Of a DNA stretch of 64,000 nt, positions 11,348-22,646 are shown piece after piece (positions within the stretch are counted from its first letter, which is position 1; each line of letters opens with the position of its first letter). The stretch comes from Candidatus Poribacteria bacterium (GTDB lineage: Bacteria; Poribacteria; WGA-4E; PCPOR2b): assembly GCA_965208675.1 (NCBI GenBank), contig OZ242351.1:448001-512000 (forward strand), written 5' to 3'. The position numbers and the translations under genes are program-made. The notes under the pieces were generated by a model. That model saw only the letters and a list, made by a program, of their open reading frames with translations, was not told where the DNA came from and made no database searches.

Positions 11348-12238
11348 TTACGGAATTCGGTATTTATCGTAAAAAGCGCGATAATCTTGAAGCCCGAGCA
11401 CTTCATAGAATTCGTCATCTGTGGAAATGTGATCGGCGATCTCATTCCAATCTCCTGTTTCATACAGTTTCTTTAGACCGTCCAACAAACCTCTTACATA
11501 CATATACAGCGTCGCAATCGAACCTATCGTCATCGCGTACCCAGTTCGTTCGAACTCTTTAATCGCAATTGGCTCCATCGGAGCAAAAAGACCGACCCGC
11601 AGCCCCTTTATGCGTTTAGCAAAATATTCCATCTCACCCACGTTTAGCGCCATAAGCATAATACCGTCCGCACCCGCGTCGACATAGGCGTTGCTCCGCT
11701 CGACGACATCTTCAATCATATTCTTCTTGTAATACGTTTCGAGCGGAACCGTCCCGATTGTGTCACATCGTGCGATAATCAGAAAATCGGGGTCCTGGCG
11801 TGCATCAACAGCTGCCTCAATTTTGCCGCACATTTCGTCTACCGAAATAAGCTGGTTGCGGGGGATGCCGGGTAGAAACGGGCACTTGCAAGGAAGCTGT
11901 TCGTCGTCAATGTGAATCCCTGCAACGCCGGCATCCTCAAAATCTCGAATTGAATCCATGACACTTATGGCGTTACCGTATCCTTCCTCCATGTCAGCAA
12001 TCACCGGAACATCTACTGCTTTGACAACATTGCGAACGAGTAGAAGGCGCTCGGTTTTGGACATGAGCGCCAAATCCGGTTTGCCCAAAAATGAGGCTTC
12101 AGTGGAATAGCTGCCAACATACACAGCGTCAAAACCTGCCCGTTGAACTAACAATCCCGACAGAGCGTCTTGGGCGCCGACCCCAACAACCGTCTTGCCC
12201 TCGTTAATCATTTTGCGCAGTTTTGCAGTTTTTTTCAT
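11348..12238 (-). CDS. Isocitrate lyase/PEP mutase superfamily enzyme
   Basis: 'PVIADMEEGYG', 'GIHIDD', 'IIARCD' and 'AGADG'. Confidence 0.88.
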   Translation of the reverse strand: MKKTAKLRKMINEGKTVVGVGAQDALSGLLVQRAGFDAVYVGSYSTEASFLGKPDLALMSKTERLLLVRNVVKAVDVPVIADMEEGYGNAISVMDSIRDFEDAGVAGIHIDDEQLPCKCPFLPGIPRNQLISVDEMCGKIEAAVDARQDPDFLIIARCDTIGTVPLETYYKKNMIEDVVERSNAYVDAGADGIMLMALNVGEMEYFAKRIKGLRVGLFAPMEPIAIKEFERTGYAMTIGSIATLYMYVRGLLDGLKKLYETGDWNEIADHISTDDEFYEVLGLQDYRAFYDKYRIP

Positions 12239-12328
12239 AATACCCTCAACGCAGATTATTGTTCGTAAATCAAGTATTGCCTGATTCGCAATACGCGAAA
12301 TTTACGGTTCATATTATCGCTGAGGTTC

Positions 12329-12356
12329 ATTATATCATAGACACCAATTTTGTCAA
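12329..12356 (-). promoter_or_regulatory. Consensus sigma70-type promoter for the leftward gene run
   Basis: Minus strand TTGACA-N16-TATAAT with an extended -10 TG, ~90 nt upstream of ATG 12238. Confidence 0.75.
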
Positions 12357-12528
12357 TTTTTTCTCCAGTAACGATTCTTTATCCAAAAGAGGACGTTGCT
12401 AGATGGAGACGTTAGCTATCGAAAATGACGGACGGCAACTGATTGGTTCATGGCAGCGACTATAGCAATTCTCTTTCAATTCGCTGGGTATTCCAGCCAT
12501 GCAATTTTTTCTCAGGTTCAAGGTCATA

Positions 12529-12558
12529 TTGACATTATTCTCAATTCAAGTGTATACT
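12529..12558 (+). promoter_or_regulatory. Near-consensus sigma70-type promoter facing the repeat region and defence island 1
   Basis: TTGACA-N18-TATACT. Confidence 0.5.
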
Positions 12559-12654
12559 AAACAGCAATCAATTAGTGTGTGCGAGTCAATAACAACTATG
12601 GTTCGCCGATATTGTCTTTGGAAATTCTATTTGTACAGATCTGATCTAAAACTG

Positions 12655-12671
12655 ATAGGACTTACGCAGTT
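12655..12671 (+). repeat. MITE/IS-like terminal repeat ATAGGACTTACGCAGTT
   Basis: 16/17 inverted match to 24063-24079; related copies at ~23895, 54788, 54955 and 4207. Confidence 0.65.
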
Positions 12672-12952
12672 GGGCAGACACAAGGGTTGCGCCTTGCTAC
12701 GCCTAATCCTAAAAGTCCGCGATTCAGACAAAAAATCCAAAATATGTGATATTTTGTGAGGTTTTGTGATTTCCGTTGAAGATCCATCAAATTTCAAAAC
12801 CCTTTAAACCCGCATAATAAGCGGATTTCAGCCCAATCTCGTGTGAACCGTTTCTCACGTCACAGACACCTCACAAAATGTGACATGATGTGATATTTTT
12901 GAGGTTTTTTTGATGTTCAACATAGAATCCGGCAGATTTCTATCCAATCAAA

Positions 12953-13031
12953 CTATAGCCATTGCCACTAAAAATTATACATTTAGTCATTGGTCTGTGG
13001 GAGAGGCTTCCTAGCCTCGATTATCAATCAG
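12953..13031 (+). repeat. Left arm of the 79-bp inverted repeat bounding defence island 1; contains a GTGG-type REP hairpin
   Basis: 74/79 identical to the reverse complement of 23553-23631; internal GTGGGA-GAGGCT-TCCT-AGCCTC hairpin. Confidence 0.92.
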
Positions 13032-13036
13032 TTTTC

Positions 13037-13296
13037 GTAGGTTGGGTTAAGCGGTGTTAACGAATAAATGTAGGTAATTCGCATGCGATTCGTGCTTTGA
13101 TTGCATTAGAAATTATGATTGATATAGCGTAACCCAACACTTTTTATGAATTGCGAAGTGTTTAGTTGACCGGAGGTGGTTGGGAATTCGAAAAACGTTG
13201 GGTTACGCTTCATCCATCAAATCCCGAAGGCGGTTAACCTGCCGAGCGATTCGTTATAATGAACATCATTCGTATAATCCGCTTAACCCAACCTAC
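13037..13296. repeat. GTAG-type REP doublet (REPIN-like)
   Basis: GTAGGTTGGGTTAAGCGG (13037-13054) is a perfect IR of 13279-13296; inner 13-bp IR at 13126-13138/13197-13209. Confidence 0.8.
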
Positions 13297-13377
13297 AAAA
13301 GCTATTGGAAAATCCTCCGTCTTGCTAAAGGGGAGCTAGAAGGGGGTCAGGTACTTTTCACCTCGCAGAAGATAAAA

Positions 13378-16300
13378 ATGAACTTATCCAAAGACAAAAT
13401 CAAGAGCGCCCTACAGCACTTCACCAACGGCGATCTCGCCGACAACGCCCGCAATCTCCTCAACACCCTCGGCTACCGCAGCCAAAGGACGCTATCCCTC
13501 GAACCGAACACCGTCGACGGCTTTATTGTGCACTTCGATCCACATAATGCGATGAACCGGGAACGCGGGCTGTTGAGTGAGTGGGCGTCCATCGACTTCC
13601 TTTTTCAACTGACAGACGACGAAATCATACAGAGCGCTCAAGCTAAGTTGAACTTCGAAGGCAACGCTGTCGATCAGCACCGTTATGAATCTTACCTCCT
13701 TTTTGCCCTGAATCTCCAGAATCGCGGCTACACCCGCACCCAACTATCGGACATCGTCCGCGAAATCAACAAATTGCTCATGATACCCGCCATGGTCATC
13801 TTCCAGCACGGCGATGCCCTTACCTTCGCCGTAATCGACCGCCGGTTGCACAAGCGCGACGAGTCCAAAGATGTCCTCGAGAAAGTGACGCTCATCAAAG
13901 ACATCGTCTTCGCCGACCCCCACCGTGCCCACATCGACATCCTGTTCGACCTGTCGCTCAGTGAACTGCACCGCCAGCATGGTTTCACGGATTTCCCGGC
14001 GCTGCATGAAGCTTGGAAAAAGACTCTCGACACCGAGTTGCTCAACAAGCAGTTTTACCAAAGGTTGTACAATTGGTTTGGACGGGCGGTCAAGGAGTCG
14101 AAATTTCCCCTAAAAGAGAAGCGCTTATTGAAACCCGAACAGCATGTCATCCGCTTAATCACGCGCTTGCTTTTCGTCTGGTTTATTAAGGAGAAAAGAC
14201 TGATTGCGGACGAACTATTCGACGAAAGCGAAGTTGTTCCCTTGCTGAAGGACTACAACCGCAATACCGGCGATTCCTACTACCGTGCTGTGTTACAAAA
14301 CCTGTTTTTCGCCACGCTGAACACCGAAATAGCGAAGCGTGAGTTTAGCACGGAGAAAAACGCTACGCATCGCAACTTTTCGCGGTATCGTTACAAAAGC
14401 CAAATCAACAATCCCGATAAACTGCTGGAACTGTTCGCCCAAACGCCGTTCATCAACGGCGGGTTGTTCGACTGTTTGGACAGTGAGGAAGCCACAGAAG
14501 GCGGCGGCTACCGCATCGACTGTTTTTCGGATAGACACTACAAGCGTTTGAGTATTCCCAACCGTCTCTTCTTCGACGAGGACGACGGTCTGTTTCCCCT
14601 GCTGAAACACTACAAGTTCACCGTTGAGGAAAACACGCCGATTGAGCAAGAGGTCGCGCTGGACCCCGAACTTCTCGGCAAGGTGTTTGAGAACCTACTG
14701 GCGGCATACAATCCGGAAACCGGTGAGTCTGCCCGCAAACAGACCGGCTCTTACTACACCCCGCGCCCCATCGTGGATTACATGGTGGAGGAAGCATTAG
14801 TAGCCACGCTGGTGCAACAGGTAAACCCATCGGACGGAGATGTGAATTTGTGGGAGGAGCGCGTGCACTATCTGCTAGATTATGCGACAGCATTCGACGA
14901 TGCGAATGAATGGTTTGATGACGATGAGAAAGGCGAGCTTGTACGAGCAATTTCAGAACTCAAGATACTCGACCCCGCAGTCGGTTCCGGCGCGTTTCCG
15001 ATGGGTGTGCTGCACAAACTGACTCTCGCCCTCCGGCGGCTTGATCCGGATAACAGGCACTGGGAACTGTTGCAGCGGGAACGAGCAATACAACGGGCAG
15101 AAGTGGCATTTGATACGAAAGACGACAAGACACGGCGCGAGGAACTCGTCGAAATTGACGAAACCTTCAAACGGTATCGGGATTCGGATTTCGGACGGAA
15201 GTTGTACCTGATTCAGAACAGTATTTTCGGCGTAGACATTCAATCCATTGCTTGCCAAATCGCCAAACTCCGTTTCTTCATCTCCCTTGCCATCGAACAG
15301 ATGCCTGATAAAGATTCAGAGAATTTCGGCATCAAGCCGTTGCCGAATCTGGAGACGCGCTTTGTTGCCGCGAATGCGCTAATCGGTCTCAAAGGTGAAG
15401 GAACCCTTACAAGTCCCAAAGCGAAGGCTTTAGAACAAGCATTGGCAGAAAACCGCGAGCGGCATTTCCACGCAACGACACGTCCGCAAAAACTGGCGTG
15501 TAAACGCAAAGACATAAAGTTGCGGCGAGAATTAGCAGCGGATTTAAGGCATATCGGTATGCCTGACGATGATGCGGCACGAATCGTCCATTGGGACCCT
15601 TACGACCAGAGTGCAAGCACGGATTGGTTTGATTCGGAATGGATGTTTGGTGTCAAAGACGGTTTTGATGTCGTAATCGGTAATCCGCCTTATAAGCAAG
15701 TAAGAAAAGGCGCTCACTCCGATCAGCTGTTTCCGTATTTCGGAGGGCAAAGACAAAGGGAAGCAGAATCTCTACAAGCTTTTTGTGGAGCAGTCATACA
15801 ACCTTTGCGGACAGAGTGGCATCGCCACCTTAATCGTGCAAAGCAGCTTAATGTGTGATTTATCCTCTGCTGCCACCCGCGAATTGTTACTCACACGGAC
15901 TTGTTTGAACCATTGCCTTGAGTTTCCTAAAACCGCAAAGTCACCAGATACGCAAGTATTTACTTCTGTTTGGCAGGGGACTTGCATTTATCAGTTTGCC
16001 AAATCGGAACCTGATGGCAAGCCGGTTAACATCTCGGTAGGCAACGACACCCGCTCGATAGAGAATCCACGATTTGCTCCAATCACAAAGGATGAAATCT
16101 TAACGTTGTACCCGGATTTGAAATGTCTCCCACACATCAAAGAGGGTAGCATTTCCATACTAAAAAAACTAGCTGCTAGCAAAGCAATAAAACCACTGCA
16201 TGAATTTGTCTTAGGTATCAGACAAGGCGACATTAACCTTGCCACACACAAGCGTTATTTCTCTCCATCTCCTACAAAGGTGCGCCTCTTACGTGGGAGG

Positions 16301-16819
16301 CATGTGGCGCGTTACACGGTTCATTACAATGCGGCAACCGAATACCTTGAAGAAGGATTTATGTCCGAAATGGTTAGGGATAACCGAAATAAAGTTTTCT
16401 TGATTTCTCAGGAAGTCACTGGGACAGTTGACCCTCGCCGCTTGCATTTCGCGCTAGCAGAAAACCCACCGGTAGATATTCTATGGGGACACTCTACAAA
16501 CAAGACATTGTTGAAGAATCAAAAAGACAGTGCTGCATTGATGACATTGCTCAACTCCAAATTTATGGATTGGTATTTTCGCATCACTTCAACAAATAAT
16601 CATGTGCAGGGTTACGAATTGAAACAGCTTCCAATGCCGTTAATGTCTGATACACACCTTGAATACCTCAACAATCTAGCAATGCAAATCATGGAAGCCA
16701 AACGTACCGCATCAGACGCGGACGCAACCGCGCTTGAAAATGAAATTGATTGGGTGGTATACTCCTTATACAATCTTACGCCCGACGAAATCGCCATTGT
16801 GGAGGACACAACAGGGTAA
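13378..16819 (+). pseudogene. Type IIG (Eco57I/TaqI-C-like) restriction-modification enzyme split by a +1 frameshift at ~15738-15740
   Basis: GSYYTP, ILDPAVGSGAF (motif I) and IGNPPY (motif IV) in ORF1; TRD-like C-terminus (LLNSK, EID.VY.LY.LT..EI..V) in ORF2; removing one T restores ...PYSEGKDKGKQNLYKLFVEQSY. Confidence 0.85.
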
Positions 16820-16916
16820 ATGGTCTGAATCGCAAATTAAGCGGGGCAGATTTGAGATGAACTATCGGACAATGAGGCCCACGTCACTGAAAATTGAAGG
16901 CAGGAGGCGAAAAATC

Positions 16917-19900
16917 ATGAATCCCAAAGAAACTTCTCTTATTTTAGCATTGGAAAATATTGATGCCGCGTCGTTACACGGTCTTTGTGATGATTTGGTT
17001 TTTGCCGGTGCACTTATACCAAATCTAAAGGGTAAGCTAATTCGTCCCAAGGGCTGGAATCCCGGAAAACACCATACAATCCCTTCGCCGGCAGATAGCC
17101 TTATTGAGTTGGACGACGGTGTGTGTGTTTTGGAATACAGCCGGCGGAAAGATTGGGATAATAAACTCAAAGATGATGTAGAATCTATCAAACAATGGGA
17201 GGAGCAGACGAGCCAAAAACTAGCTCGGTTTGTCTTCATCACGACGAGGGACATCGGAAACCGGAAGATTGGTAGGCGCGGTGAAGATAAACTCCCACCT
17301 GAAGAATATATCAGAAAAAAGTTTCCTCATTTAAATATTCGAGCGTATGTAATCGGTCAAAAAGACTTACTCGTTCCCCTGCAGAATAGCGATTATTTCT
17401 ATATACGGAGACGGCGGCTAAATATCCCCGAAGATTATTTCCTGTCGCTCGAATCTTTTAAATCATGTCACTTCAATCAAGCCCAAGACCGTCGCATATA
17501 TCTAAAATCCTACATTCAAGGAACTGGTCGTGCAGAGAGAATTAAGGCGCTTGAAAACTTTGTTAGTCAGACCGATGCAAGGGTACAACTGATTCACGCT
17601 CAGGGTGGCATGGGCAAAACACGGTTCGTGCTGGAATCCCTTAAACGGCTAGAGAAACAACATCCAAACATCGACATATTGTTTAACAAAAGACGAAAGT
17701 ATGTGAGCGTTGATGAAGTTATTCCCGAAATTTCGTCAGATCGGGAAAGTTTGATTGTGCTCGACGATGCGCACCTCATTGACAATCTGACGGATTTTTC
17801 AAACATTCTATCAGAGAGGGTGCACACGAAAATTATTCTCGTTACCCGCTCAACGGCAAGCGAGTCTGTCAAGCGGTCCATAGGGTACCCTATGGAAGAA
17901 ATAGAACTGACTCCGCTCGAACGGGACGCTTCAATTGAATTGCTAAAAGGTAATCTGGAAACACCGCTTCGAGACGAATACTTGAGATACGCCGCTGATA
18001 TATGTGACGGAAATCCACTTCTGATTGGAATCACCGCCCACCTAATCAACAAGGGGGAAATTCAATCGTTTGGCGACCTTAAGAAAAATGACTTAATTGG
18101 AGACTACCTTAAGAACATTCTCGCCGAGTTAAAACAACAAAATAGGTTAGATCGAACGATTTATGAACCGTATCTGGCTTTGCTGTACCTATTAAAGCCT
18201 TTCGCTACTAGTGATAATGAAACCAAATCTTTAATAAGATCTTTCCCTTTCTTGGAAATCAATAAACCTCAGGAAGGAGTTCTGCTCAGAGACCTTGAAC
18301 AGTGCGCAGTATTGGAGCGCCATGGAGACACGCTATGGTTGTACCCGGATCTATTGGGGGAGTATATGGTCGAAATGACCTTTTTCTCAGACATTTCGAT
18401 TCTAGATTTTGATGACATTTTTCCAGACATACCTTCATCGAATATGAAAAGTGTTTTCAAAACACTCCGCGATTTAGGCAATAGTAAAGCAGATTTGTTT
18501 CTCAAGCGTTGGTCTGATAATCTGGAAGATAAAGTCGGATCCCAGAATAATTTTGAGCTTTGCGAAAATCTTGACCTATTAGAAATTATTGTCCCAAATG
18601 TGGCAGATGAGGCGCTCCAGATAATTGATGTCTTGCTCAGACCAGAGAGCGAAAAGCCGCCTTCCACAAACGAAATACTAGGGTTGGCTACAACAACACG
18701 AAAGTATCGGGCTGTTCTGAGCCGGTGCCTGAGAATCTTGGAGAGCCATAGGCTCAGATACAATCATTTTGATGACACTTTAGAAATGGTTCTCAGAATC
18801 TATTTTTATAAGCCCGAAAGTGAAGAATATTCCGTGTTGCGAAAGGACGCTCTTGAAGCCATTGCTAAAACCGCCGCCTATAACTTGAACGTGGTGGAGG
18901 CTGGTTACGGGTATTCAATACAGACACGGATGTTTGAGAGGGTTCGGGCGTGGAAACAGGAAAATTTAGAGAAAAACTTCACACTTATCCTCCGTGTGTG
19001 TGGGACGCTATTGGGAACAGAGATAAAGAGTCAATACTCGGATTATGAAGGGATTGGCTGGACATCTGCGCCCGTACTTATCACGGACGAGTTAATCCGT
19101 TTGAGGCGAGATATTATTTCGCTGCTTCAGTCGATATTTGATGGAGTCCTAGACAGTCGCCAGCGGGTTGAAGTCCTTGACGTATTGAATTGCGCAATCT
19201 CCCCGTCAGTGATGCACTACAATGCGAAGATGAGCGTAATGATTCGAGACAACGCCAACACAATCATCAATTACTACCTCGATCTTATTAATCATACCTC
19301 ACCCCTGGAGGCACAAGTTCTTGAAAAAATGGAGCAACAAGCACATCACCTAAAGGTGTGGCACGAGGAAGATATCCAAGTCATGAACGTTGTCAATCAA
19401 TTGCTATCTGTACTCCAATCGCACGCGCCGTATCAACTGTTCAGAACTTTAGCCGTCGACGATTCGTTGTTTTCGCGAGATGACGGAAAAAATTACGAAC
19501 AGATTCAAACCGAGAAAGATCAGAGAATTAAGGAAATCGCAGATGGAATAACACATGAAAATCTCAGTGGGTGGTTAGAAGAGCTTAACAAAATCGCAAT
19601 TATTTTGTCGCAGAATTCCGACCAAGATTCTTCGTCTTTTTGCAAACTCTTGTTTGAAATCGGTAAAGACAATCCGCAGACCGCTCAAGCTCTCATTGAC
19701 AATAGTATCCGTGAAAACAATGCTTTGAAGGAGTTCGTTGCTGAATTCATAAGGGGCATTAGGGCATCAACAAGCCCAGATATTGCTAGCAGCTACGTCA
19801 GGCAGTGGCTATCGGGTGAAGATCGGATGTTAATCTTGGAAATTCCGGAAACTTATCGGACTGTAGATGAAAAGTTTTTAGACGCCAAAGATGTAGAAAT

Positions 19901-20846
19901 CTTTGCCCGCTTACTGAATTATAAGATGGGTGATAACGAACACGACCGAAGGCTAAGTATACGCATAATGTCTAATATCAGGTGGGTCTATACTAAGAAC
20001 CCAACGGAGGCAACCGAAATAATCTGTCAGGTCTTCAAGGAGATAGATCAAGACAGCATTTACCGCTGCGTACATGAATTGTGGTGGGCGAGAAATCAGA
20101 TTAACCTGAGCCAGTGGGATTTGACGGATCTCGAGGAGATTCTCAAAACGTTCGAAGATCTTCGTGCGCTGAATAATGATGCTATCTACATTTTGGCTCA
20201 ATATGGTCAAAAAGAACCCTTTGCATTAGTTAAGTTTTTTGAACGTCGTGTAGAGAAACAAACGGAGCATGGCAGTCTCTCGGATTATCGAGCCATTCCG
20301 TCTGGTCCTTATCTTAAGGCGTTTACTAAAGTGTACCAAGCCCATCCCCAGTATTCTGAAGCAATCAACCAAATATTGGAGTGGTTCCAAAAAGATGATT
20401 ATCGTTATGAACAGGCAGCGGCAGACCTGATTTCGGGTATCTCTCCTGAACTTGACGGTCCTCTCAAGGAAACTCTGTTGAACCTGATTAGAAGTGGAGA
20501 TGAGAAAAGTATACTTGCTGTTTTGAAAGTATTAGAAGAATTCCCCGAAGATTCAGCCACGCATGCGCTATACAAAGAGGCTGTAAGGCATTCCGAAGGG
20601 GAAAAAGAACTTCAGAACAAGATTCAGTCTTTGATTATGAGTCGAATCCGCGTACATATAGGAATTGGTGGATCGGTTATAACATTTCAAAAACTGAAGG
20701 AAAAATTTCGTTCATGGCTTGAAGATGACAACCGATGTGTCTGTGATTTTGCCCGAAGAGTCATCCGTCGTTTAGACGACCGTATTGATTTTGAGAAAAA
20801 GTGGACTACGGAAGAGGAGATTAAACGGAAAAAGGGACTACTGTAG
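16917..20846 (+). CDS. Avs-like STAND NTPase: N-terminal PD-(D/E)xK-like nuclease, P-loop domain and long helical C-terminal sensor
   Basis: RBS AGGAGG before ATG 16917; Walker A AQGGMGKT; Walker B LIVLDDAH; 'IILVTRS'; 'DGNPL' (GxP motif); N-terminal 'PADS...VLEYS'. Confidence 0.7.
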   Translation: MNPKETSLILALENIDAASLHGLCDDLVFAGALIPNLKGKLIRPKGWNPGKHHTIPSPADSLIELDDGVCVLEYSRRKDWDNKLKDDVESIKQWEEQTSQKLARFVFITTRDIGNRKIGRRGEDKLPPEEYIRKKFPHLNIRAYVIGQKDLLVPLQNSDYFYIRRRRLNIPEDYFLSLESFKSCHFNQAQDRRIYLKSYIQGTGRAERIKALENFVSQTDARVQLIHAQGGMGKTRFVLESLKRLEKQHPNIDILFNKRRKYVSVDEVIPEISSDRESLIVLDDAHLIDNLTDFSNILSERVHTKIILVTRSTASESVKRSIGYPMEEIELTPLERDASIELLKGNLETPLRDEYLRYAADICDGNPLLIGITAHLINKGEIQSFGDLKKNDLIGDYLKNILAELKQQNRLDRTIYEPYLALLYLLKPFATSDNETKSLIRSFPFLEINKPQEGVLLRDLEQCAVLERHGDTLWLYPDLLGEYMVEMTFFSDISILDFDDIFPDIPSSNMKSVFKTLRDLGNSKADLFLKRWSDNLEDKVGSQNNFELCENLDLLEIIVPNVADEALQIIDVLLRPESEKPPSTNEILGLATTTRKYRAVLSRCLRILESHRLRYNHFDDTLEMVLRIYFYKPESEEYSVLRKDALEAIAKTAAYNLNVVEAGYGYSIQTRMFERVRAWKQENLEKNFTLILRVCGTLLGTEIKSQYSDYEGIGWTSAPVLITDELIRLRRDIISLLQSIFDGVLDSRQRVEVLDVLNCAISPSVMHYNAKMSVMIRDNANTIINYYLDLINHTSPLEAQVLEKMEQQAHHLKVWHEEDIQVMNVVNQLLSVLQSHAPYQLFRTLAVDDSLFSRDDGKNYEQIQTEKDQRIKEIADGITHENLSGWLEELNKIAIILSQNSDQDSSSFCKLLFEIGKDNPQTAQALIDNSIRENNALKEFVAEFIRGIRASTSPDIASSYVRQWLSGEDRMLILEIPETYRTVDEKFLDAKDVEIFARLLNYKMGDNEHDRRLSIRIMSNIRWVYTKNPTEATEIICQVFKEIDQDSIYRCVHELWWARNQINLSQWDLTDLEEILKTFEDLRALNNDAIYILAQYGQKEPFALVKFFERRVEKQTEHGSLSDYRAIPSGPYLKAFTKVYQAHPQYSEAINQILEWFQKDDYRYEQAAADLISGISPELDGPLKETLLNLIRSGDEKSILAVLKVLEEFPEDSATHALYKEAVRHSEGEKELQNKIQSLIMSRIRVHIGIGGSVITFQKLKEKFRSWLEDDNRCVCDFARRVIRRLDDRIDFEKKWTTEEEIKRKKGLL

Positions 20847-21003
20847 GCCTTTCTCATTTCGGAGAAGCACGTACAGATTGAAAGGCTTTGCCGGTAAAAA
20901 CGACAAACCCGAATTGAATCACAGAACCACAGGACTTTCAGCGTTTAACTGCGTTAATCCTAAAAGAAACAGTGCTGTAATGAAAAAACTATGTCCGTTT
21001 TTG

Positions 21004-21177
21004 CGAAACGAACCCAAATCGAAACCAATCGCGCAAGCGGGTTAAAGAACACTCACCGTGCATCAAGAATAGACAGTGGACAATCCGTTTTTTTCGAAAC
21101 AAAGCCTATCGTAATGGTGTGCCGTTTTTTCAATTCGTTTTCTCCAAATAATTCGTGGAAATTTGTGATTCAGACAA
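21004..21177 (+). repeat. Dispersed intergenic repeat module (CGAAACGAACCCAAATCGAA ... GTGATTCAGACAA)
   Basis: Exact 20-mer also at 23741-23760; GTGATTCAGACAA also at 23816-23828; GATTCAGACAA at 12721. Confidence 0.75.
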
Positions 21178-21314
21178 CTTCGAGATTTCAATCTTAGTTG
21201 CCTATCTGTCTTTTACAAAATCGGGATAGGGCGGTTCAGTTAAGAGATCGGTTCAGTAGGTTCGTGAGGGGTCTATCCAGTAAGATATGCTATGATTAAT
21301 TATGGAACTTCGAG

Positions 21315-22535
21315 ATGTTTGACAGTTTGACCGAACTGCGTGAAAAATTTTCCCTCGGAGAGGATTCAACTATTGAACTTAAAAGAGAGTTGCCTGAAAG
21401 ACAAAATCTTGCCGATGAGATAGTTGCTTTGACCAACACCCTCGGCGGTATCATACTGGTCGGCGTTGACAAGGATTGCATTATTTTTGGTATTGACCGT
21501 CAACATCTAGATCGAGATGAGCAAATCGTGGTTGATATATGTTGGGACATAATTGAGCCTAGAGCTCACATTGTTACAGAAAAGCTGAAGGTTGATTGTA
21601 GAAATCTGTTAAAAATAGATGTGTTACGTAGCCAATATGTTCACCGATCATCTAACGGTTATTTCATTCGCCACGGTAGCAGCAAAAGAAGGATGTCCAC
21701 CGAGGAATCGGTACGAGAATTTCAAAAAAATTTGCCGGGACGAATGATTCCTTTTGACGAACGGTCTGTGCCGAACACGCACAGAGACATATTGAGCAAT
21801 TCGATCTATAAACGATTTATTACAGAAGAAGCGACTAAGCGTGAGCAGATGGAAAACCTATTAATTAAAAGGCGTTTGCTAGTTAAGGAAAATGGCGAGT
21901 ACCATGCTTCGGTCGCCGGTGTATTGATGTGCTGTGAGAAACCCGATGATTATCTCGACAACAGTTTCATTCACGCGGCTTATTATGATGCATTGGAAAA
22001 AGATGTGAACTGCGAGATTGACATCGATGATTTCAGGGGACCGCTAGATCGACAGATTGTGGACGCCTTCAAATTTGTTGAAAAATACAACCATGTTTCG
22101 GCTCGTAAGGAGATTGGTAGAATAGACCGACCGCAATACAGTATGAGAGCCGTTTTTGAGGCAGTGGTTAATGCCGTCGTCCACAGAGATTATTCAAAAT
22201 ACAATTCGAAAATTCGTCTGTTCTTGTTCGCGGACCGGTTAGAACTCTATTCGCCCGGTACATTGGTAGATAGCTTGACTATGGACAATTTGCCCTATGA
22301 GCAAGCAACTCGTAACAAACTCTTGGCTGACTTACTTTCGGAAATTACTCTCGACGACGATATGAGAACGCAGGTAGTTCGGCGAGACTTTTTGGGAAAT
22401 CGCGGCGATGGCGTCGGTATCATTTTGATCGAAAGCGAGAAGCTTAGCGGTAAAGCGCCTTTATACGAGCTGTTGGGTGAAGAATTGCGCTTGACAATCT
22501 TCGCGGCAGAATCCTTACAAGAAGCGGAATCGTAG
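21315..22535 (+). CDS. AlbA_2 (Schlafen-like) plus HATPase_c_4 domain protein
   Basis: 'GEDSTIELK', 'IVALTNT.GG.ILVGVD', 'EAVVNAVVHRDY', 'DRLELYSPG' and 'RG.GV'. Confidence 0.85.
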   Translation: MFDSLTELREKFSLGEDSTIELKRELPERQNLADEIVALTNTLGGIILVGVDKDCIIFGIDRQHLDRDEQIVVDICWDIIEPRAHIVTEKLKVDCRNLLKIDVLRSQYVHRSSNGYFIRHGSSKRRMSTEESVREFQKNLPGRMIPFDERSVPNTHRDILSNSIYKRFITEEATKREQMENLLIKRRLLVKENGEYHASVAGVLMCCEKPDDYLDNSFIHAAYYDALEKDVNCEIDIDDFRGPLDRQIVDAFKFVEKYNHVSARKEIGRIDRPQYSMRAVFEAVVNAVVHRDYSKYNSKIRLFLFADRLELYSPGTLVDSLTMDNLPYEQATRNKLLADLLSEITLDDDMRTQVVRRDFLGNRGDGVGIILIESEKLSGKAPLYELLGEELRLTIFAAESLQEAES

Positions 22536-22646
22536 GCACGATCAGGAATAAATAAAATCTGTCAAATTTGGATTCTTGAGATTTATCTCCATTCTTATCT
22601 GGCTCCGTTGAAATGTCAACAGAACCTAAACATTTTGCCGAAAACT

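Noticed and set aside
12700-13370. Possible CRISPR array in the repeat-rich intergenic region
   Set aside because: The repeats are inverted or heterogeneous, lack regular spacers, and no cas genes are present.
13180-13377. 66-aa N-terminal extension of the Type IIG ORF
   Set aside because: It is translated REP/repeat sequence; ATG 13378 is the more plausible start.
16734-16916. Longer start of the STAND ORF overlapping the RM gene
   Set aside because: A clear AGGAGG RBS precedes ATG 16917.
20785-21197. Short ORFs between the STAND and AlbA genes (also 23678-24020)
   Set aside because: They are translations of the dispersed repeat module and share 'RNEPKSKPI'.
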